From the IMG/VR virus record IMGVR_UViG_3300035034_002581: DNA of 64,000 bases. One strand, 5' to 3'. The position numbers and the translations under genes were made by a program. Positions 57,425-64,000 of the stretch are shown here, one piece after another. The notes beneath the pieces are model-generated. The model saw nothing but the letters and a program-made list of their open reading frames with translations, was not told where the DNA came from and ran no database searches. Position 1 is the stretch's first letter, and each line of letters begins with the position of its first letter. This DNA comes from a virus.

Positions 57425-58336
57425 TTAATACTTTAAGATCATATCTACAAGCTTGAACTTTGGTGCCCAGCCGAGCATTAATTTTCCCTTTGTATTGTCT
57501 GCTCGTGTCTCTTGAGCCTCACCTGGTCGCTCGGGCACATTTACTTGGTTATCACTAATCATGTCAGCTATCTGATTTACAGAGTAATTCATTCCTGTGC
57601 CGACATTAACTACTTGGTGTGGTATATCTTTCTTAAAGACATCTGCTGTACTCTTAGATGAAGCTACTATGTTTGCCGAGACAACATCGTCGACATAAGT
57701 AAAATCGCGTCTTTGCTCTCCGTCACCGACGATAGTTAGTGGCTCGCCTGCTTCTTTTTGGCGCTTAAATATGCCAATGACAGGTGCGTACCTCCCCTTT
57801 AATGGTTCACGAGGACCATAGACATTAAAGTATCTCAATACGACAGTTTCAATTCCATGCATTCTAGAATATAGCTTACAAACTTGCTCTCCTTGATATT
57901 TAGAAAGAGAGTACGGGTTAAGACAGTCTGATGTCATATTTTCTCTATGTGGTGCATTCTGTTGCCCATAAAAAGAAGAGCTACCGGCATATACAACACG
58001 CTTTACTCCGTGCTTAACGGCAGCTTCTAAGACACATTGAGTGCCTATAACATTGTTTTCAAATGTATGACGTGCTTCATTGAATGCAGGTTGAATTCTT
58101 GAACGTGCCGCCAAGTGAAATACAACATCAACACCCTTGTATAGCTTTACTGTAGATGGATCAGATATATCTTTGTTGACATACTTGACCTTCTTTAGTT
58201 TTGTAAATTCAAAGAACTCACCATTTTCAGGCGCGCTTTCATCGTCTATAACGATGACTTCATGCCCATCTTTTGCAAGTGCCTCTGTTAGGTGGGATCC
58301 AATAAATCCCTTTCCACCTGTCACTAAGTATTTCAT
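57425..58336 (-). CDS. NAD-dependent epimerase/dehydratase (SDR), UDP-glucuronate decarboxylase (UXS) / GalE-like
   Basis: A 303-aa ORF. The N-terminus LVTGGKGFIGSHLTEALAKDGHEVIVIDD is a Rossmann motif resembling UXS [28 protein letters not shown]. YSLSK is the YxxxK motif. Confidence 0.6.
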   Translation of the reverse strand: MKYLVTGGKGFIGSHLTEALAKDGHEVIVIDDESAPENGEFFEFTKLKKVKYVNKDISDPSTVKLYKGVDVVFHLAARSRIQPAFNEARHTFENNVIGTQCVLEAAVKHGVKRVVYAGSSSFYGQQNAPHRENMTSDCLNPYSLSKYQGEQVCKLYSRMHGIETVVLRYFNVYGPREPLKGRYAPVIGIFKRQKEAGEPLTIVGDGEQRRDFTYVDDVVSANIVASSKSTADVFKKDIPHQVVNVGTGMNYSVNQIADMISDNQVNVPERPGEAQETRADNTKGKLMLGWAPKFKLVDMILKY

Positions 58337-58363
58337 CTGTTGTTTCTTCCTTTATACTGCGTT

Positions 58364-58750
58364 TTAGTCTTCTGACACTGCTCGACCTGTCATACTTAAC
58401 CAATCTCTTTCTTCGAATGGCCTAACTTCATCATTCTTTTTATTGACTGCATGTAAGACAAGAGGTTGTACATCAAGAGATTTAGCAAGAGAAATCATTG
58501 CATTGACGTCTTTTGGAAAACAATTGTGAGTCACGACGCAAGAATTTTCTTCAACCCAGAATAGATCATCTTCAGTATGCGATTGAGAAACTAGTTCAAG
58601 ATTGTAGACTTGGCCTGAAAACTTTTCCCTCGTAATACTTTTTATTTTGGTTTCGCTAATAGGCCCTGCGTTCTGAGGTTCAAATCGTCTATCTGACTCT
58701 CTAGCGACCTGTTTGAATTTCTTTACATTTTCTGTCATATTGTGACTCAT
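58364..58750 (-). CDS. Downstream half of the fractured ugd gene: C-terminal intein segment (IntC, about 76 aa) followed by a truncated Ugd C-extein of 52 aa that begins at the catalytic Cys
   Basis: GQVYNLELV is block F. DDLFWVEENSCVVTHN|C is block G, ending in HN followed by Cys+1. The extein CFPKDVNAMISLAKSL matches the Ugd active-site region GG(S)CFPKDVLNLVYL. The ATG overlaps the upstream endonuclease stop codon (ATGA). Confidence 0.6.
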   Translation of the reverse strand: MSHNMTENVKKFKQVARESDRRFEPQNAGPISETKIKSITREKFSGQVYNLELVSQSHTEDDLFWVEENSCVVTHNCFPKDVNAMISLAKSLDVQPLVLHAVNKKNDEVRPFEERDWLSMTGRAVSED

Positions 58751-59087
58751 ATTAGTACACCTAGTTTTTGTAAGTCATCCTTGAACAACATAATCAAGTT
58801 GATTTCAGGATTGTCTCGTGTTATCTGGTCGAACTTTTTACGCTGGATGCTAAAGCGGTATTTGTTTTTGACTTCAACGTACGCATTCCAATCTGTAAGG
58901 TAAAAGTCGGGGAAGTAAGTTCGCTTTATTGCCCATCGAAGTATTTAATTGTACCTCTATGGGCAATAAAGTTTATTTCTTGTTTATCTAGCCACGTTGC
59001 AAATGCGAGCTCCCACGTTCCTTGCACTTTGATAGTTTCGCCTGTTCTTTTAGAAAGACTACTTGCATCATACTTTATAAACGTCAT
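58747..59087 (-). pseudogene. Free-standing PD-(D/E)XK (Vsr / DUF559-like) homing endonuclease gene lying between the split-intein halves, with its frame disrupted
   Basis: The ATG at 59087..59085 overlaps the TGA of the upstream ORF (ATGA). Frame 1 encodes MTFIKYDASSLSKRTGETIKVQGTWELAFATWLDKQEINFIAHRGTIKYFDGQ*. A frame shifted by +2 then encodes ...TYFPDFYLTDWNAYVEVKNKYRFSIQRKKFDQITRDNPEINLIMLFKDDLQKLGVLI*, with PDF...(E)VK motifs, and its stop overlaps the next ATG. Removing the 26 nt at 58912-58937 restores a single 105-aa ORF. Confidence 0.55.
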
Positions 59088-60277
59088 GATGAAATCAAAG
59101 TGAATTTTGGAGCCGTACTCTCAACTGTAAATAATATGTCTGTTTCTAGGACATCCTCGGCTTTGACAATTAGATGTTGTCCATCTCTTTTAATAGGCAT
59201 CAAATGTTCAGGTGTGCACTTAAAGAGTATGTTTTCACCTGGACGTCCGATGTCAAATACAATAAGCTCACCTTCAAAATCATTGCGAGTGACATCAGAT
59301 ACTCGCTTCCCGCCCCTGGTAAGGCTTTTACAGCCTGGATTGGCGCTCTTTATTTTAAAGTAGTCTTTTGGCGGCATTGAATGAAAAAGTTCATATAACT
59401 CTTCGATTGTAACCTTACCTTCATATACATCATGGATATCACGATCAGTAATATCAGCTCCATTGCTTCCTGGTATGACGTAAGATAGGTACATTGCAGA
59501 AATTAATGAATCACCAGGAACGCAATGACCGCCGAATCCTAGCGAACCATCTGGACCAGGTACTGTCAAATGTGTATCACCGATCCTCTCATCATGAAGT
59601 GTATACTCAACAACTTTATCATAGTCAATGTTGATAGCATCACATATCTGCTTCATTTCATTTGCAAATGATACCTTAGTTGCAAGGAAGCAATTAGTGA
59701 AGTACTTGACAAACTCTGCTTCTGTTGAACCTGTTTTTACTATTGTGACATTAGGAAAAGCTGCTGAGAATACTTGCTTAACTATTGTTGATGCTGGACG
59801 AGGACCACCAATAATAATCCTGTTCTGTTCTCGCATATCGTCGATAGCGTTTGCCTCTGTCAAGAATTCAGGATTAAAGACAACTGTCAGGCCTGAACTT
59901 CTGTACTTGGCATTCCAGATCTTTGTTGTTCCAGGTGGTATCGTTGACTTTACTACTGCGATCCTATCTCCTGGAATTTCTGAAAGCTCATCAAGTACAG
60001 ATTCAACTATTCTTATGTCTGCTGAGCCATCTTTTCTCATTGGCGTTGGGACACAAACAAAGTAGATTTTAGACTGTGCTCTTTCAAGCGTTTGAACTAA
60101 TTCGTGAACAGACTGCTGGTGAGCGTATCGCCTATGAGGCTTTAGATAGTTATTTCCTTTATCAAATGCAAAAACGTTAAAACCACGTTCTAAAAACACT
60201 GTAGCTAGGCTACCACCTACAAACCCTTGGCCAATTACACCTATTGTATCTTCTTTGTTTTTCACAAATTCTCCCAT
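59084..60277 (-). CDS. ugd: Upstream half of the fractured ugd gene: UDP-glucose 6-dehydrogenase N-extein (about 251 aa) fused to an N-terminal intein segment (IntN, about 146 aa)
   Basis: The NAD-binding motif is IGVIGQGFVGGSLA. The sequence ...LGFGGH immediately precedes C|VPGDSLIS (Hint block A), and TPEHLMPI is block B. The ORF stops 146 aa after the intein start, with no endonuclease domain in frame. Confidence 0.65.
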   Translation of the reverse strand: MGEFVKNKEDTIGVIGQGFVGGSLATVFLERGFNVFAFDKGNNYLKPHRRYAHQQSVHELVQTLERAQSKIYFVCVPTPMRKDGSADIRIVESVLDELSEIPGDRIAVVKSTIPPGTTKIWNAKYRSSGLTVVFNPEFLTEANAIDDMREQNRIIIGGPRPASTIVKQVFSAAFPNVTIVKTGSTEAEFVKYFTNCFLATKVSFANEMKQICDAINIDYDKVVEYTLHDERIGDTHLTVPGPDGSLGFGGHCVPGDSLISAMYLSYVIPGSNGADITDRDIHDVYEGKVTIEELYELFHSMPPKDYFKIKSANPGCKSLTRGGKRVSDVTRNDFEGELIVFDIGRPGENILFKCTPEHLMPIKRDGQHLIVKAEDVLETDILFTVESTAPKFTLISS

Positions 60278-61230
60278 TCAAACTCGATCATTTCTTCGAT
60301 CATTTCTTCAAAAGTGATCTCAGGTTTCCATCCTAATTCTTTTTCTGCAAGAGTATAACTTCCTATCAATGTATTAACTTCAGCTGGTCTAAAAAACTTA
60401 GGATTTATGATTATCTTATCTTCATAGTTTTCAACACCTGCAATCTTAAACGCAACTTCTACTAAATCTCTTACAGATCTTGTTTGTCCAGTTGATAACA
60501 CAAAGTCTCTTGGTTCATGATGTTGCAACATCGTGTGCATTCCTCTGACAAAATCTTTTGCGTGCCCCCAGTCTCTACGTGCCTCAAGGTTTCCGAGTTC
60601 AAGAACATGTTGGTCGCCATTAGCAATTTTTACTGCTGCTTTACAGACTTTTCTAGTAACAAAGTCTCCGCCTCTTCTTGGGGATTCATGGTTGAAAAGT
60701 ATTCCAGAACATGCGAACATGTTGTAAGCTTCTCTATAGGTTTTCACCATGTGATGTGCAAAAAGCTTACTAACTGCATAAGGTGATCTGGGATTAAACG
60801 GTGTGTCTTCATTTTGAGGAACTTCAATAGCGTTTCCAAACAGCTCTGATGTTGACGCTTGGTACACTTTTGAATTGAAATTTGATATTCTTACTGATTC
60901 GAGAATGTTAAGGGCACCCTGCGCTGTGACGGCGGCTGTAAAGTGAGGCATCTCGAATGATTTTCCAACATGAGATTGTGCTGCAAGATTGTAAATCTCA
61001 TGTGGTCGGACCCGTTGGATGGTGGAGCAGACATGACTAAAGTCTGTCAAATCGCCTTGGATCAATGTTATCTTGTCAAGTATGTGCTTAATGTTGACAT
61101 ACTCACTCTCTGTTGTCGAGTGCCTTACAAGACCGTGAACTTCATATCCCATTTCGAGCAGATGCTCTGCAAGATAAGAACCGTCTTGACCCGCGATACC
61201 TGTAATTAGTGCGCGCTTAGCAGCTTTCAA
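60262..61230 (-). CDS. gmd: GDP-mannose 4,6-dehydratase
   Basis: A 322-aa ORF. KRALITGIAGQDGSYLAEHLLEMGYEVHGLVRHSTT is the typical GMD N-terminus. YAVSK is the YxxxK motif. Confidence 0.75.
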   Translation of the reverse strand: MKAAKRALITGIAGQDGSYLAEHLLEMGYEVHGLVRHSTTESEYVNIKHILDKITLIQGDLTDFSHVCSTIQRVRPHEIYNLAAQSHVGKSFEMPHFTAAVTAQGALNILESVRISNFNSKVYQASTSELFGNAIEVPQNEDTPFNPRSPYAVSKLFAHHMVKTYREAYNMFACSGILFNHESPRRGGDFVTRKVCKAAVKIANGDQHVLELGNLEARRDWGHAKDFVRGMHTMLQHHEPRDFVLSTGQTRSVRDLVEVAFKIAGVENYEDKIIINPKFFRPAEVNTLIGSYTLAEKELGWKPEITFEEMIEEMIEFEWENL

Positions 61231-62204
61231 TTCACACCTCCAATTGTTTCTATTATACTGCGAAAGCTGTCAAATGATTCAGGCATGAAAAGCTTACTAA
61301 CTTTATCATACGCATATTCAACGTCAGATCTCACAGTGTCAAGAATGTCATGCTCATAGATGAATTCGTCTTTGATACATTCATCACCAAAAATACTATG
61401 AGGAGCCAGAATTGATGACGCAATTCCAACATCAGTTGAAACTATAGGTGTTTTAGATGCAGCACATTCAACAACAGACTGTGGTCCACCCTCGTACCTT
61501 GATGCTACTATGTATAAGTCTAAAGCGTTGTACATTACATTAAGGGTTTTCTCTCGAGGCATTTCGTTAAATGTATACTTGATCCCTTTAGATTCGAGTC
61601 TTGATATAACATATTGACGTCTCCATGCTCCCAAAAGTACTTCTACATCGCGATCTGTGTGCTCAACTATGTTTTCTACAATATTACAGAAGAGGTCTGG
61701 TCCTTTTTCAAGCTTGGGCTGAGTGAGATTGCGCCCCATTGTATCCCGCTGAAATGATCCGATTACGAACCTGTCCTCTTTAATTCCGAGACTCTTTCTT
61801 GCAGAACTTTTGTCAATCGGAAACCACAGTTCTTGATTGACCCAGGGTAGAATAAGCTTAATAGGTTTTGGATTAGCTACTAAGTGATTCTGTATTTCTT
61901 CAATTTGCTTTTTTGACTTTAGACTCGGTGCATGATACAAGTCAACGTACTGATCTCTTTTTGCAAAGTCATTTAAACTATGATTGGTGAACCTTTCGGG
62001 AACAGCATGCCACATCGTGACAATAACTTTCTTCTTCTTCAATAGGTCGAGAGATATGTGATTCCAACACCATCCAGCAAGTAACCAGATTAAGTCAGCT
62101 TCTTCTGGTGTACTTACAATTATGTCTTTGTTGTTTTCATTAAATTCCGATACAAGCCTATCTACAACCCAGTTTTCTTTGGGCGCTAGCATGAATATTT
62201 TCAT
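61227..62204 (-). CDS. Glycosyltransferase (GT4-like)
   Basis: A 325-aa ORF with SRYEGGPQSVVECAASKTPIVSTDVG. Confidence 0.5.
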   Translation of the reverse strand: MKIFMLAPKENWVVDRLVSEFNENNKDIIVSTPEEADLIWLLAGWCWNHISLDLLKKKKVIVTMWHAVPERFTNHSLNDFAKRDQYVDLYHAPSLKSKKQIEEIQNHLVANPKPIKLILPWVNQELWFPIDKSSARKSLGIKEDRFVIGSFQRDTMGRNLTQPKLEKGPDLFCNIVENIVEHTDRDVEVLLGAWRRQYVISRLESKGIKYTFNEMPREKTLNVMYNALDLYIVASRYEGGPQSVVECAASKTPIVSTDVGIASSILAPHSIFGDECIKDEFIYEHDILDTVRSDVEYAYDKVSKLFMPESFDSFRSIIETIGGVN

Positions 62205-62240
62205 TCTAAAATCCTTTCTTTAATTGTAGATGGCTTTGAA

Positions 62241-63137
62241 TCAACGTACAAACATTTCTTCATACTGATCTGCTACTGTCCCTATTTCAAGATCGGTAGT
62301 ATCAAATGATGGAATATCTCGTAGTTCAAAGTTTGATAAGTCAAGTTTCGGAGGATTATCATAGTCTACTAGTTCGAACTTATACTCAGTTTCTGGAACG
62401 ATTATTCCTCTATCCCTTACAAGTTCATCAGTTCCACCTGCAGTAGTACAAATTACTGGGCAGCCTTGTGATAGCGCTTCAACAACTACATTTGGGCAAT
62501 GATCTAGCCAAGCTAAATGGATGAACCAGTCGGCCTGATTGTATATTTCTAGACACGACGCATGATCTATGTTACCTAGTACGATTTCATTACTTCTGAA
62601 ACCTAACGGAGATGTGGCGTTAGATCCCATTATGAGAAGCACATCGTCTTCTTCTTGTACTTGACGAAATAGTAAAAGGTTTTCTGTCAGTCTTTTTTGG
62701 TTGTGCCAGTTTGCAGAACATACGAATTTCCTTCCCTTGATGTGGCTTAGTGGGTAATTAGAAACAGGTTGGGGTTTAACATCAATTCCATTTCTAATTA
62801 CCCTCCCAGACCTTTTACCCCAATGATGCTCAGACATGTTCCTGTCAAAGTTAGACTGCCAAATCACCTGTTCAGCGTTATCATATGTCCACTTAATCCC
62901 AACGTTATGTGTAATGAATTCGTCAGGTTTAAACCAAATTCCGTCAAGTCTTTGAATAAATTTTGCGTGTGCTGGAGGTCGAGATGCAGCTTCTATAAAA
63001 GCTAGAAATACTTCGCACTCTTCAGGATTGCCTGTTATTTTATGGCCTCTTCTTGTTAGTTCACGCCCTAGCCTATATGCAAATGAGTTAGGTCCTGAAC
63101 GTGAGTTAAAATTGACATTTGAAAAGTGAATAATCAT
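62241..63137 (-). CDS. Glycosyltransferase (GT4-like)
   Basis: A 298-aa ORF with HLAWLDHCPNVVVEALSQGCPVICTTAGGTDELV. Confidence 0.5.
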   Translation of the reverse strand: MIIHFSNVNFNSRSGPNSFAYRLGRELTRRGHKITGNPEECEVFLAFIEAASRPPAHAKFIQRLDGIWFKPDEFITHNVGIKWTYDNAEQVIWQSNFDRNMSEHHWGKRSGRVIRNGIDVKPQPVSNYPLSHIKGRKFVCSANWHNQKRLTENLLLFRQVQEEDDVLLIMGSNATSPLGFRSNEIVLGNIDHASCLEIYNQADWFIHLAWLDHCPNVVVEALSQGCPVICTTAGGTDELVRDRGIIVPETEYKFELVDYDNPPKLDLSNFELRDIPSFDTTDLEIGTVADQYEEMFVR

Positions 63138-64000
63138 TTTGATTGATCCTGGTTTATTATTTTGACGACTTGATTAGCTGCATTGACGCACGTATCAAGT
63201 TTTCCCGAAAACATGTTAATGATCTTAGGAGATATACGAGATACTACAGTGGGTCGTGCATCTGTTTTATCGAGATTTGGTAACACAGCTCTTACTGTAA
63301 ACATTGACGCAATATGTTCGCAACGTTCTGCAGTTGGAAAAAACTCTGATGCTGACTGAATGAAATCTTTGAAAGCGGTATTTGGTGGGTTTCTTATTGG
63401 GCCGGAGTTGAGTACAGAGCTGAGGTCTTTGGGGATTGACGGAAACATGCCTACATTTGAACTTCTGATTGCATGGACGACATTGCCCATAAGAGACAAT
63501 CCGGTATTCCCGAGAGGATCAAAGCACATAAAGGGTCCGTCCATCACCACAATACTCTTATTCTTAAGATCCGGAGGTGGCTTTACGATGATCTTCTCAC
63601 ATACTTCAAACTGGTATTTTCTTCTTAGTTCCTTTGGTACGATACTGTTGACACTTGCATAAGTGCAATTAATGACGTAATCAAAACCCTCAACATCTTC
63701 AGGTAGAAACTCTGTTAAATAGTGAACTTTAACTTTGCTGTTATTTAATCGACTAAGGCAGATGTTGCGAAGGGACCAAAAATCAATGAGCGATTCTTTC
63801 GCATTTACTATTGTTTCAATTTTATCCTTGTCAACAGGGCATGTGTTATATGAATAATCATCTTCTCGAAACTCTAGATTGTTTTTTCGACAAAATTCCA
63901 AGAATTCAGGACCGCTTACTTTACTGCCAGACTTAGCAATGCAGTAATAATGTGAAAAATCATTAAGAACTACACCATGGTATTCTTCTAGAAATGAAGC
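63134..64000 (-). CDS. Hypothetical protein in the glycan island. Its 5' end lies beyond the window end.
   Basis: The ORF-track start at 63901 is a TTG codon. The reading frame remains open through 64000 (...ASFLEEYHGVVLNDFSHYYCIAK...). Confidence 0.4.
   Translation of the reverse strand, partial: ASFLEEYHGVVLNDFSHYYCIAKSGSKVSGPEFLEFCRKNNLEFREDDYSYNTCPVDKDKIETIVNAKESLIDFWSLRNICLSRLNNSKVKVHYLTEFLPEDVEGFDYVINCTYASVNSIVPKELRRKYQFEVCEKIIVKPPPDLKNKSIVVMDGPFMCFDPLGNTGLSLMGNVVHAIRSSNVGMFPSIPKDLSSVLNSGPIRNPPNTAFKDFIQSASEFFPTAERCEHIASMFTVRAVLPNLDKTDARPTVVSRISPKIINMFSGKLDTCVNAANQVVKIINQDQSK

Noticed and set aside
58900-58950. Programmed ribosomal frameshift joining the two endonuclease frames
   Set aside because: No X_XXY_YYZ slippery heptamer or downstream structure is present. 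The shift is cleanly explained by a 26-nt insertion between GAAGTA repeats.

Overview
This window is a near-contiguous, minus-strand block of a large AT-rich myovirus genome with T4-superfamily core genes. The complete intergenic gaps are all under about 350 nt, apart from the 58747-59087 locus described below. Plus-strand ORFs in the track look like antisense artefacts.

Going from low to high coordinates on the plus strand (opposite to the transcription order):
- The N-terminal start of a gp18-like tail sheath gene runs off the left edge.
- A gp15-like tail completion protein and probable neck proteins follow.
- A small DT-like ADP-ribosyltransferase-like ORF sits among the neck genes.
- A large multidomain protein: C2H2 zinc finger, Vsr-like nuclease and a DNA methyltransferase with an SPPY motif.
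- The gp23-like major capsid protein gene is followed by a clear rho-independent terminator.
- The gp22-like acidic scaffold, a phage-encoded ribosomal protein bS21 homologue, and several small head or core proteins.
- The gp21-like prohead protease.
- The gp20-like portal, carrying an HNH-type intein of about 405 aa.
- A small stand-alone Toprim protein, then the gp17-like TerL.
- A single-chain Mre11-Rad50 fusion, a zinc-finger/Toprim primase, and a RuvC-like resolvase.
- A long run of large tail-fibre and baseplate proteins, including a LamG-like fibre, a gp6/J-like wedge, a gp25-like wedge and a gp5-like spike.
- A gp55-like late sigma factor.
- A glycan island: four GT4 glycosyltransferases, GDP-mannose 4,6-dehydratase, a UXS/GalE-like SDR, a Cas4-like PD-(D/E)XK nuclease and a UDP-glucose 6-dehydrogenase (ugd) gene.

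The most unusual locus is ugd. It is split at its catalytic Cys into two ORFs: N-extein plus IntN, and IntC plus C-extein. These flank a frame-disrupted free-standing Vsr/DUF559-like homing endonuclease. All three pieces are chained by ATGA stop/start overlaps, which gives a split-intein 'fractured gene' arrangement.

The AT-richness and the bS21 gene suggest a pelagimyophage-like marine phage. That host assignment is inference only.
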